64,000 nt of DNA from Nitrospinales bacterium. GTDB taxonomy: Bacteria > Nitrospinota > Nitrospinia > Nitrospinales > VA-1. The stretch is from the NCBI GenBank assembly GCA_965262115.1, contig OZ253496.1:1632001-1696000 (forward strand). The letters are read 5' to 3'. Positions 34,504-44,469 of the stretch are shown here, in pieces. Below the pieces are notes generated by a model, which worked only from the letters and a program-made list of their open reading frames with translations, was not told the DNA's origin and did not search any database. Position 1 is the first letter of the stretch; every line of letters begins with the position of its first letter. Position numbers and translations under genes: made by a program.

Positions 34504-34549
34504 TGGAGCCAGCGGGCGGAATTGAACCGCCGACCTACTGATTACGAAT
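34504..34549 (-). pseudogene. 3' half of tRNA-Thr(CGT), att-like fragment
   Basis: Minus strand reads ATTCGTAATCAGTAGGTCGGCGGTTCAATTCCGCCCGCTGGCTCCA; no 5' half or D-arm. Confidence 0.85.
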
Positions 34550-34749
34550 TACAAATTGGCGTTTTTAGGAAGTTTTTGATTTCAGGCTGGCTTCCTCTAT
34601 CTGTTTATTTTTTCAAGGTTTTTAGTAAACCATTATTTCCGCCAATTCCGTTAAATCTGCTCCGGTAGGAAATTTCTATCATAAATTTATCATAGTCAAG
34701 GTCGGCTTCCGTCCTACTGGCTTTTCAATATAGGCCGCTGATTTCACCA

Positions 34750-35226
34750 CTATAGGGAAAGCTTGTGCCATGGACATTTAGATGGTTTTTTTTTATTTAA
34801 TTTTGGCTTCAAGTCATCATAAAGTGTCCTTTCATGGCAACGAGGACAATTGGCTGGTCTACTGGATTTTGATTCAGGATCAATAAGATACTTTTTCCAA
34901 CCCAAATATAAATTTAATGGATTTAGGTTTTCGTTCTTACAATCTTTGTTTATAGATCGTCCCCCTGAATGATGGCCGGTTCCTCCACCGTAAAAACCAA
35001 ACATGTCAGCAATCAGGTCGCCAATTCTTGTGGCAAACCGTTCACTTTTTCCAGTGTTTCCTCCAACATATAAAATTTTATTTGTTATTTTGGGCTCTCC
35101 TCGCCATTTCTCTTTAGAAACCACGTATACACCATTATCTTTCGCAGGCCATTCTTGAGATTTATTCATGCAATTCTCTAATAAAACTTTTACTTTAAAA
35201 GGACCTATCCATTGGGGGCTCGGCAT
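34750..35226 (-). CDS. GIY-YIG-like nuclease
   Basis: GVYVV...ILYVG, conserved R, E and PKLN; AT-rich. Confidence 0.6.
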   Translation of the reverse strand: MPSPQWIGPFKVKVLLENCMNKSQEWPAKDNGVYVVSKEKWRGEPKITNKILYVGGNTGKSERFATRIGDLIADMFGFYGGGTGHHSGGRSINKDCKNENLNPLNLYLGWKKYLIDPESKSSRPANCPRCHERTLYDDLKPKLNKKKPSKCPWHKLSL

Positions 35227-35309
35227 AACAATTCTGAGGCAAAGATTTATATTTTGTGGAGATTTCCATTATAGTTACTATCAAGTCCTAACTATATAAA
35301 AATAGGAAT

Positions 35310-36599
35310 TGATCTTCCCCTGAATTGGTGGACACATCGAAAAGTGTGGATAATACACTTTTGGAGGTGTTTTTATGGGAACCAAACGCAGGAGTTTCAG
35401 TAAAGAATTCAAGTTAGAAGCGGTTCGATTGGTTATTGAAGTAGGCGATAGCATTGCCCGGGTGTCCCGGGATCTGGGAATCCGTTCTGCCCTTCTGGGT
35501 CGCTGGAAACAGGAGTATGAGGAGGATCAGGGGAATGCGTTTCCCGGCAAAGGACAGCTTAAGCCGGGAGATGAGTTGCAGCAGTTGCGGCGAGAAAACG
35601 CTCGCCTTCGTATGGAGCGGGACATATTAAAAAAGGCGGCAGTTATCTTTGTGATGTCCTCTTCATTTGTCTTCATGCCCCGAAGGGGTACTCGAAGGGT
35701 TCCCAATGAGATATCGGTTTATACGGGATCATCGAGAAGCATTTCCGGTAAGCCCGATGTGCCGGGTTCTGGAAGTGGGACGAAGTGGGTTCTATGCCTG
35801 GCTGAGCCGCCCCGAGAGCCTGAGGAGCCGTGAGAAGCAGCGATGGGTTGATGAGATCAAAACCGTTTATAAGAAGAGTCGCCAGACTTATGGCAGTCCC
35901 AGAATTCATGAGGACTTGAAAGACAAGGGATATGCCATTGGCAGGCATCGTATTGCCTGTCTTATGCGCGAGCATGGAATCGTTGCCAAGCACAAAAGAA
36001 AGTTCAGGGTGACAACCGATTCCAAACATAATCACCCGGTGGCAAAAAACAAACTGCAACGGCGGTTTAATGTTGCTGAGCCCGGTCAATGCTGGGTTTC
36101 GGATATCACCTATATCCCGACTCAAGAGGGCTGGTTATACCTTGCGGTGACGCTGGATTTATTCCACCGTAAAGTTATTGGTTGGGCCATGGATCGTTGG
36201 ATAACCCGTTGGTTGGTAATGAGAGCTTTAAATATGGCAATGAAGAACGGCGGCATGAAACCGGGATTGATTCACCATTCTGACCGGGGGGTTCAATATG
36301 CCTGCAACGATTTTCAAGCCTTGCTCAATGTTCATGGGATAGAGTGCAGTATGAGCCGGAAGGGCGATTGCTGGGATAACGCCGTGGCGGAGAGTTTTTT
36401 CCATACTCTCAAAGTGGAACTCATTCATAACCGGAACTACAAAACCCGTCAGCAAGCAAAGAAGGATATTTTTGAATATATCGAAGTGTTTTATAATCGG
36501 CAACGCCGTCACTAATATCTCGGCTATCTCAGCCCTGCCGAATTCGAGAAACAGGCCTATGCCTCTTAACTAACTGTCCACTAAAACAGGGGAAGATCA
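35310..36599 (+). mobile_element. IS3-family insertion sequence, copy 3
   Basis: Same IRs, orfA and orfB; 41-bp insert at 35650-35690. Confidence 0.97.
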
Positions 36600-36940
36600 T
36601 CTCGCTTTTCTGCTTTATAGACTTACGCAAAGGTCTCCCTTTAACCGGAGCGGTTAAAAAAGAACTGGTATTTAATAAACATCTGTTTTATAATGGGGTA
36701 TACTTTAGCGATTTAGCCGTCTAGAGAATGACAGGTGTTTTGCCAGAACTATAATGTTTTGGTTGAGTAGCCTCCCGGAACCGCCGGTTGTCTGATTTTT
36801 CTCCCCTCGTTTTCTCATTTAAGCTCAAATCCTCTTTTATCAATTATAGCTCAAAGTTCTCTAGTATAGACTTTGAGCGCCATCTAATGGATTGGCCGAT
36901 GCTCCTATTTCGGAGTCTGCCATTCTCTAAAAGGAAAAAC

Positions 36941-38269
36941 ATGTTAATGGAATCAACAACCGTGGGCTTTGACGCCCTCAATCTTGCCGACCCTATTTGC
37001 CGCGCTGTTCGTGGTGAGAAGTATGACACTCCCACCCCGATTCAGCAGCAGGCTATCCCGCATCTTTTGCAAGGCCGGGATCTTTTGGGGTGCGCGCAAA
37101 CCGGAACGGGAAAAACAGCAGCCTTTGCATTACCCATTTTGCATCACTTGTCCGAGGGGCGTCAAGCTCCCGGATCCAAAGGCGCACGCGCGCTGGTGCT
37201 CACCCCCACCCGGGAACTGGCTGCGCAGATCAGTGACAGCTTTCGGGTTTATGGTCGGCATTTAAATTTAAAGCAGGCACTGGTGTATGGCGGGGTGAGT
37301 CCGAAACCGCAAATCACTGCCTTAAGGCGGGGAGTGGATATTTTGGTAGCCACTCCGGGCAGACTGATCGACCTGTATCAGCAGGGATGCCTTCGTCTGG
37401 ATAAAATAGAGGTGCTTGTCCTTGATGAGGCAGATCGCATGCTGGATATGGGTTTCCTGCCTGATATCAAAAAAATTTACGGGATGACACCGGGCAACCG
37501 TCAGTCGATGCTGTTTTCCGCCACGCTCCCTGATGATATTCTGCGCCTGACAAAGCATTTCCTCAAAGACCCAGTGCGGGTCTCTGTGAATCCCCCAGCC
37601 AGCACCGTGGATCGAATAGATCAGCGTGTTTTGTTTGTGGATCGCGAAAATAAAGGAGCTTTGCTGGAATCTGTGTTACAGGGAGATGGCATCGATAGAG
37701 CACTGGTGTTTTCGCGTACCAAGCATGGGGCGAATCGAATTGTCAAGAATCTGAGCAAGGCCAAAATCAAGGCGGATACGATTCATGGAAATAAATCACA
37801 AGCGGCGCGTATGGAAGCGTTGAGAAAGTTTCGTGCCGGGAAAGTCCGTGTACTGGTGGCGACCGATATCGCATCGCGGGGTTTGGATGTGGAAGGAATC
37901 ACCCATGTCATCAACTATGAGCTCCCCAATGAGGCCGAGAGTTATGTTCACCGCGTCGGCAGAACGGCCAGGGCGGGGGCGGTGGGTGTTGCCCTTTCTT
38001 TTTGTGATGCCGGAGAAAGAGGCTATCTGCACAATATTGAGAGAACCATTAACAGGACGGTGACCGTGGTGGCAGATCATCCTTATCATTCGGAATCCGT
38101 TGCCTCAAGGCCAAAACGTGGGAATACAGCGGGAAGAAAATTTTCATCCAGGCGCAATTCTAATTCCTATGGAAAACCGGGAAAAAACCAAAACAGGAAA
38201 AAATATTTTTCAGCAAAACCTGGAAAAAGGACCCGGAGCCGTAGTTCCCGGTCAGCGGTGAGCGGTTAA
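36941..38269 (+). CDS. DEAD-box RNA helicase (RhlE-like)
   Basis: AQTGTGKT, PTRELA, DEAD, SAT, HRVGRTAR; basic tail. Confidence 0.95.
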   Translation: MLMESTTVGFDALNLADPICRAVRGEKYDTPTPIQQQAIPHLLQGRDLLGCAQTGTGKTAAFALPILHHLSEGRQAPGSKGARALVLTPTRELAAQISDSFRVYGRHLNLKQALVYGGVSPKPQITALRRGVDILVATPGRLIDLYQQGCLRLDKIEVLVLDEADRMLDMGFLPDIKKIYGMTPGNRQSMLFSATLPDDILRLTKHFLKDPVRVSVNPPASTVDRIDQRVLFVDRENKGALLESVLQGDGIDRALVFSRTKHGANRIVKNLSKAKIKADTIHGNKSQAARMEALRKFRAGKVRVLVATDIASRGLDVEGITHVINYELPNEAESYVHRVGRTARAGAVGVALSFCDAGERGYLHNIERTINRTVTVVADHPYHSESVASRPKRGNTAGRKFSSRRNSNSYGKPGKNQNRKKYFSAKPGKRTRSRSSRSAVSG

Positions 38270-38480
38270 AGTACCGGGGGACTTTTAATTTTCGCCTCAC
38301 AGACCAGCGCCACGCTGGCACCTGGTGCGGAGAACCTCCGCCCACTAGCCGTGGGGGCAACTAGCAATGATCTATCACTCGAACAACAATACTCTCGGCC
38401 CAATAGGCTATTATTCTTTGGGTCCAGCGCCACGCTGGCCTGTGGTGTTTTCCTCCATGCCTCAGAGCAATAGATTTTTT

Positions 38481-38600
38481 TACCCCTGCGGGGCACATGT
38501 AATATTTCTTAATTTGCCTTCATGCCCGGAACGGGTAAAAGTTTAGGAAGTACCCGTGCCGGGCATGAAGTTTAACGAAAAGGACATCACAAATATCACG
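38481..38600. repeat. Triple-nested micro-element
   Basis: Outer unit with inserts at 38497-38537 and 38551-38591. Confidence 0.85.
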
Positions 38601-38867
38601 CCCAACGGGTGTGACCCGGTTCCTCAAACCAGGTGTCTGTCGCCCATATCCTCTTTTCAGATAAGCAGTTAAAGTTTTTGCAATATTTTCTATGAAGAAG
38701 TCCGTGCGAGCGATTAGAATAGGGGAGCCTGTTAAGGCCTTCTTTGCTTTCACTCCAATCAGGTAATGGATGATGTTTAAATTTATGGTGTGGTTTTCGG
38801 TGATTGTCACCGTAGGTTTTATAGTGTTGTTGGTGTTTGATTACGGTTAAGGTTTACCAAAAAGAAC

Positions 38868-39377
38868 ATGAAGTTATCCCTGTCTTTGATCAAGGCATTT
38901 CTGATTTTTCCGGTGAATGTGATGGGGGTGATTCCTGCCCTTCTGATCTGGTGTTCGCGGCCCGGCGGGGTGCTCGAACATTTCCCATATAGTTTTAATA
39001 GTTTTAGGTCGTTGGCTGGCATTTTGTTGATCGGTGCAGGAGCCGGACTGTGCTGGAAAACGGTTTCCCTGTTCACCGAGGTGGGTGAAGGCACCCCGGC
39101 TCCGTTTGATCCGCCCAGAAAATTGGTGATCCAGGGGCCGTATGTTCATGTGCGCAATCCCATGATGGTTGGGGTCTGGCTGGTTTTGTTGGGAGAGGCC
39201 TTAGCTTTTGGTTCGGTTCCCTTGGTGGTATGGTTTTTGGTCTTTTGTGGGCTGTGCCTGATTCTCATTCCGGTTTGGGAAGAGCCTGATCTGGAAAACA
39301 GGTTTGGCGAACCTTATCGGGAATACAAACGCAAGGTGCCCCGCTGGCTCCTTCACAGGAGAGGCGACCGGCAATAG
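38868..39377 (+). CDS. Isoprenylcysteine carboxyl methyltransferase family protein
   Basis: GPYVHVRNPM, EE..L..RFG..Y. Confidence 0.9.
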   Translation: MKLSLSLIKAFLIFPVNVMGVIPALLIWCSRPGGVLEHFPYSFNSFRSLAGILLIGAGAGLCWKTVSLFTEVGEGTPAPFDPPRKLVIQGPYVHVRNPMMVGVWLVLLGEALAFGSVPLVVWFLVFCGLCLILIPVWEEPDLENRFGEPYREYKRKVPRWLLHRRGDRQ

Positions 39378-39437
39378 CTCGTCGGGCTACCAGAAGTTAT
39401 CTCGGCAGAACACCACGGGGTTGGCCCGGATTTTTTT

Positions 39438-39605
39438 ATGAGTGATGACGAAGAAAAATACGGATTGATGGACTGGATTGGTACCGCGATTGGAATCGTG
39501 GTGGCCGGGTTCATCATTTTTATTTTGATCTGGCCCTTGATCGATCCCACACCGGACAAATCTTCTTCGCTAAAAGAAAATATTCACAAGGCCACCGGGA
39601 GATAG
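39438..39605 (+). CDS. Small single-TM protein (55 aa)
   Basis: MSDDEEKYGLMDWIGTAIGIVVAGFIIFILIWP... Confidence 0.5.
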   Translation: MSDDEEKYGLMDWIGTAIGIVVAGFIIFILIWPLIDPTPDKSSSLKENIHKATGR

Positions 39606-39611
39606 CGGTTT

Positions 39612-40343
39612 TCAGTCGAACGGGGGCTGGGTTTTGCGTTTGTAGTCTTTGTCGGTCATATCCATTCGGCCTTTTATGAAAGCCAGCTTTCTTTCAGCTA
39701 TGGCAATGGCCTGATCATTAATAGTTTCTGCTCCCAGTCGTCTGGAGATTTCAATTTCTTCAATAGCCCTTTCCCAGTCTTTCAATTTTTCGTACACACT
39801 TATTAAATTCAGATGGGTCTGCATGTGGTTTGGCTCGATAGCGAGTATTTTCTGATAGTATTCGGCCGCTTCCTTGATTTTCTGGTCGTACCAGTGTTCC
39901 AATGCGATTTTGAAAAGAAGTTCTGTATCATCCGGTTTGAGGGATTCAGCCTTTAAGAATTCTGTCACGGCCAGATCGTTCCGGGTCATTTTCGAATAAA
40001 CTTCTCCCAACCCCAATCGGGCCGGTAAATTTTCGGGTTCCATCTCAAGGGCTTTTTTAAAAGACTCAATCGCCTCATCTCTCTGATCCGCTTCACTATA
40101 GACCAATCCCATCCGGTAATAGGTGACCACCGATTCAGGGTCCAACTCTAGCACCCGGCGCAGAATTTCTATGGCTTCGTCATAAGCTCCAATTCTTTGT
40201 TTTTCAGTGGCGCTTAGGATCAGTTCCCGGGGATTTTGAGATTGGGAAGAGGGGTCGTTATTTTCCCCACAACCCAGGGACAACAGTAAAAAGGCAAAGG
40301 CGATGGTTGTGCGGCCCAAAACTTTTGGCGAAAAAACAAACAC
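39612..40343 (-). CDS. TPR lipoprotein
   Basis: SLGC lipobox; TPRs. Confidence 0.8.
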   Translation of the reverse strand: MFVFSPKVLGRTTIAFAFLLLSLGCGENNDPSSQSQNPRELILSATEKQRIGAYDEAIEILRRVLELDPESVVTYYRMGLVYSEADQRDEAIESFKKALEMEPENLPARLGLGEVYSKMTRNDLAVTEFLKAESLKPDDTELLFKIALEHWYDQKIKEAAEYYQKILAIEPNHMQTHLNLISVYEKLKDWERAIEEIEISRRLGAETINDQAIAIAERKLAFIKGRMDMTDKDYKRKTQPPFD

Positions 40344-40566
40344 GGGGTTTTAGTCCTTTATAATGAGTTACTTCCCCTTCTACCTGATCCAGACGGATTT
40401 GGCAAGCAACTCCATTGGGCGATGAACAGATGCTTTAATAATGAGGTAAGGTTTATTATAATTACGGAGTTGGGATTCGGGCTGTAGCCCATAAACCCTC
40501 CGGATAAATTTTTCGTGGGATACGCAGGTGTTTTAAAAGATGCCTTTAATAGAATAGGAAAAGACA

Positions 40567-40803
40567 ATGTCAGATGAACTTTCATATATAGAGAATGAAG
40601 AAGGGGGATTTGCAATTCCCTGCCAGATTAAAATCGCTGAAGATTGCGTGCAGGTGGGGGAATTTTGTGAAAGCAAAGAAGAAGCGTGTCACTGGGTAGA
40701 AGAGGAATGCTGGATTTCTTCCGGGGAAGGGTATTTCTGCCTGCAATGCAATGAACAGATTATGCGTAACATCGCTAAACTGGAAACCAAAAAGATGAAC
40801 TAA
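40567..40803 (+). CDS. Small Cys-rich acidic protein
   Basis: Seven Cys including CxxC; RBS present. Confidence 0.6.
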   Translation: MSDELSYIENEEGGFAIPCQIKIAEDCVQVGEFCESKEEACHWVEEECWISSGEGYFCLQCNEQIMRNIAKLETKKMN

Positions 40804-40839
40804 CCACTAGGCGTGGAGCCAGTGGGGCGGTGACGCTAT

Positions 40840-40948
40840 TACCCCTGCGGGGCATGAAGGTAAATGAAGGGATATAACACGTGACCGCAAAAAACGTGGG
40901 TCCGGTGGTCATGGTATTTTTCCTTAGCCTTTGTGCCTCGAAGGGGTA
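40840..40948. repeat. Two inverted 39-41-bp micro-element units
   Basis: Units at 40840-40880 and 40910-40948. Confidence 0.75.
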
Positions 40949-41032
40949 AATGAGCAATAGCTTGTGGAGCAAAGAAGTGATTGAGGGCAAGTTAAAGACA
41001 TTGCAATTTACCAGCGGAGGTACTCCGCTTCT

Positions 41033-42022
41033 ATGAAATTAATTGAAGTGATCACAGATGCGAAGAACCATGAACCGGTCACCAGTATCGCCAGGCAACA
41101 TGATTCGGAAGTCAACTGGGTGGGTGCAGCGGATGGAGAGGGCAGGCAGTTGATCCGCCTTCTTGTCAGCGATGAGGACCGGCAATCGGTGCTGGATGCC
41201 TTGCAGGGATTGTTGGGCGAGTCTTCGAAGATTCTTGTTCTGTCGCTGGAAGCTGTGCTCCCGAGAAAAGAACCTGAGCCTTCTGATCCGGAAGCGAAGG
41301 AAACGATCACCACCACCCGCGAAGAACTGTATAACAATATCGTCAAAAACGCGCATCTCGACGCCACTTATCTTTTGCTGGTATTTCTCTCAACGGTGGT
41401 TGTGGCTATCGGTTTGTTGGAAGACAATGTTGCGGTGGTGATCGGGGCCATGGTCATCGCCCCGCTTCTGGGGCCGAATATGGCTCTCGCTCTGGGTGCG
41501 GCTTTGGGCGATATGGCCCTGATGTGGAAAGCGACAAAAACCACAATAGTGGGAATCGTATTGGCGTTATCGCTTTCAATTGTCCTCGGATTTCTTTATC
41601 CACTCAATTTGGACAGCCATGAATTGATGGCTCGCACCGATGTGGGATTGGACTCGGTGGTCCTGGCTTTAGCTTCTGGAGCCGCCGCCGTGGTTTCTTT
41701 AACAACGGGTTTGGCGAGTGTGCTGGTAGGGGTGATGGTGGCGGTGGCTTTATTACCTCCTACTGCTACATTAGGACTGATGATCGGTGCCGGCCAGCCT
41801 AAGCTGGCTGTGGGTGCGGCCTTGCTTTTGGCGGTCAATATCGTCAGTGTGAATCTGGCCGCAAAGGTTGTATTCTGGGTTCGCGGGGTGAAACCGCGTA
41901 GCTGGTTGGAAAAACAAAAGGCCAATCAGTCTATGGTGACCTATATGGTTATGTGGGCCATCTCTCTGACGGTCCTTTTGGTGGTGATCTTCATTCGCAA
42001 GGGACTTCTAAAAGGTTTTTGA
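41033..42022 (+). CDS. TIGR00341/DUF389 family membrane protein
   Basis: VIGAMVIAPLLGP; GVMVAVALLPP. Confidence 0.9.
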   Translation: MKLIEVITDAKNHEPVTSIARQHDSEVNWVGAADGEGRQLIRLLVSDEDRQSVLDALQGLLGESSKILVLSLEAVLPRKEPEPSDPEAKETITTTREELYNNIVKNAHLDATYLLLVFLSTVVVAIGLLEDNVAVVIGAMVIAPLLGPNMALALGAALGDMALMWKATKTTIVGIVLALSLSIVLGFLYPLNLDSHELMARTDVGLDSVVLALASGAAAVVSLTTGLASVLVGVMVAVALLPPTATLGLMIGAGQPKLAVGAALLLAVNIVSVNLAAKVVFWVRGVKPRSWLEKQKANQSMVTYMVMWAISLTVLLVVIFIRKGLLKGF

Positions 42023-42298
42023 GGCTATCATTAGAATTCCGGAGATACCATATAAAATGGAGTTGGATGAAATGTTTTAAACTGCGCAAACTCTTCAGTA
42101 AGTATAGAAACTTAAATTTTATTTCTGGCTGATTCTGAGGATGCACTATGACTCGTGAAATTCGATTTGGAGACTTTGTCAGAGAGGTCAGTCTTAAGCA
42201 AAATTCCCTTTCCTATAATTTGTCAACTCCTCCCGTTTCTCTTGGGCGCGGTGCGTGATATGATACGTGCCTGAATAACTCTTCAAATAGAATAGTCC

Positions 42299-43384
42299 AT
42301 GTCAGAATCTTCTGAATACAATAAGAGCGGTGTTTCCAGTCAGGGTGCGGAGACCGCGCTTTCTGGTTTGCTCAAACATGTTTTGCCAACGCGGAAATTC
42401 AGCGAACGCTATCCGCTGGCTGCCGATATCGGTTATTTCGCCAACGTCATCGACCTGGGTAACGGAGAAGGCATTGCCTTTGGCACCGACGGGGTAGGAA
42501 CTAAAGTGATCGTCGCCGAACTGCTCGGCCGCTACGACACCATCGGCATCGACTGCGTCGCCATGAATGTCAACGATATCATTTGCGTTGGCGCACGACC
42601 GGTGAGTATGGTGGATTATATTGCCTGCTCTCACACCGATCCTGAAGTTTTTGATCAGTTAGGTCAGGGGTTGGCTGAAGGAGCGCAGCAAGCGGGCATC
42701 AGCATTTCCGGCGGCGAGATTTCTCAGATCAAGGAAATTATCTCCGGCATCGATCTCATTGGCGCCTGCATCGGCCATGTTTCTTTGGACAAGGTCAATA
42801 CCGGCCGCGGCATCAAACCGGGAAACCTGATCGTTGGCCTGGCATCCGCAGGTGTGCACTCGAACGGATTGACGTTAGCCCGCAAGGTGTTGTTGGGCGA
42901 CAGCCTCGAAGAGCAGAAATCGCGGGTCAATGATTATGAAGAATTTTTAGGCCAGACCCTGGGCGAAGCCCTGCTCGAACCCACGCGCATCTATGTCCAA
43001 CCTGTTATGGAAATGCTCGATGCAGAGATAGACCTTAAGGCAATGGTCCATATCACCAGTGGCGGATTCTGCAATCTCAATCGAGTGGCCTCTGACAACA
43101 TTCGTTTTGTGATTGATACTTTGCAACCAGTTCCTGAAATTTTTAATCTCATTCAGGATCGTGGCGGGGTGAGTGAAGCGGAAATGTTTGCAGTGTTCAA
43201 TATGGGTACGGGCTTCTGTCTCATCGTGGAGGGAACGAAGGAAGTCGAAGCCATCACAGAAATCTGCAAAGATCACGACCTTCCCTGTCAGGTGATAGGG
43301 CAGGTTGAAGGCCATCAAGGCAAAGAAGTTACTCTCCCACAAAAACAACTTACCGGCCAAGGCAGTAAATTCACAAGTGTGTGA
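42299..43384 (+). CDS. purM: Phosphoribosylformylglycinamidine cyclo-ligase
   Basis: TDGVGTK, DCVAMNVND, HSNG, HIT.GG, FNMG.G. Confidence 0.95.
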   Translation: MSESSEYNKSGVSSQGAETALSGLLKHVLPTRKFSERYPLAADIGYFANVIDLGNGEGIAFGTDGVGTKVIVAELLGRYDTIGIDCVAMNVNDIICVGARPVSMVDYIACSHTDPEVFDQLGQGLAEGAQQAGISISGGEISQIKEIISGIDLIGACIGHVSLDKVNTGRGIKPGNLIVGLASAGVHSNGLTLARKVLLGDSLEEQKSRVNDYEEFLGQTLGEALLEPTRIYVQPVMEMLDAEIDLKAMVHITSGGFCNLNRVASDNIRFVIDTLQPVPEIFNLIQDRGGVSEAEMFAVFNMGTGFCLIVEGTKEVEAITEICKDHDLPCQVIGQVEGHQGKEVTLPQKQLTGQGSKFTSV

Positions 43385-43677
43385 CGAGGAAATTCTCACA
43401 GCAATGGAGACCAGTTGAAAACATCTGTAATACTTACTTTTTTATCTTATTAGGCCCATTGGCTCTGGCAACTTAGCGGGTTCATACCTTGTTTCGAGTT
43501 ATATGGTTAGGGGGATGTGAAGTTTTTTTAGTTGTTTTGTCGTCAAATATAGGAGAAGCTTTAGCTTACAAGCAAATTTTCCGATAAAATAATTAGGATA
43601 ATTTCTTCTAAATATGATATTGTACTACCTTACCCAGAAATATTAATATACATAGAGAGTAGTTTTCCCTTCTTTTG

Positions 43678-43755
43678 TAAGACTAAATGCGCAGAAAATA
43701 CAAATACTCCCCCATATAAGACTAAATGCGCAGAAAATACAAATACTCCCCCATA
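43678..43755 (+). repeat. 39-bp exact tandem duplication spanning a start codon
   Basis: TAAGACTAAATGCGCAGAAAATACAAATACTCCCCCATA x2. Confidence 0.95.
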
Positions 43756-44457
43756 AATGAAGCTGTATGTGAATTTAGGCTGTCTCCAGAAATCCCTTGG
43801 GATATGACCTTCCCAGGTTTGCTTTTTGGGGCTGCGAAATCAAAATTTCCTGAAAAAGAGCAGATTCCAGATTTGCCTTCAAGCCCCATAGTTTTAAGTC
43901 ATGGTCAGCCTCAAAAATTAAAACTTCAATCTAATAAAATTTCTTTTTACACCAAAGACAGAAAAGGATTTATACAGGTGGGAAACCATACTGTATCGAT
44001 TCATCGTTTAAAACCTTATCCAAATTGGGAAGACTTCAAACCAGACATTAAATTCATATTTAATGAGGTTGTTAATTTGATTGGGGATTTTAAGCTTCAA
44101 AGAATAGGGCTGAGATATATTAATAAAATTGAGATTCCCGAAGCCACCATTAACTTAAGTGATTATTTCCAATTCTTACCCTCTTTTGGGAATGACTTAA
44201 AACCTAAAATAAAAACCTTTGTCATTGGGTGCGAGGATTTATGTAATGAGGATAAAGATGTTTGTAGATTTCAAATGAATCCAAATATACAAGAAAGGCC
44301 TGGACATTCCAATTTTACATTAGACATTGATTATTTTACAATGGATGGAAAAGAACTGACTGATGTGCAACCGCTAGAATGGATTGAATTAGCACATCAA
44401 AAAATTGGAGAGGTGTTTGAAGGATGTATTACTGACAAAATGAGAGAGATTTTTTAG
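43726..44457 (+). CDS. TIGR04255 family protein
   Basis: PINEAVCEFR, YPNWEDF, RIGLRYINKI, LDID. Confidence 0.85.
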   Translation: MRRKYKYSPINEAVCEFRLSPEIPWDMTFPGLLFGAAKSKFPEKEQIPDLPSSPIVLSHGQPQKLKLQSNKISFYTKDRKGFIQVGNHTVSIHRLKPYPNWEDFKPDIKFIFNEVVNLIGDFKLQRIGLRYINKIEIPEATINLSDYFQFLPSFGNDLKPKIKTFVIGCEDLCNEDKDVCRFQMNPNIQERPGHSNFTLDIDYFTMDGKELTDVQPLEWIELAHQKIGEVFEGCITDKMREIF

Positions 44458-44469
44458 GAGATCAAATAA

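Noticed and set aside
34504..34549. Intact tRNA-Thr
   Set aside because: The 5' acceptor strand and D-arm are missing.
35650..35690. 41-bp unit as a group II intron remnant (GTG start, terminal hairpin)
   Set aside because: No GTGCG start, domain V or AY end, and it is far too short.
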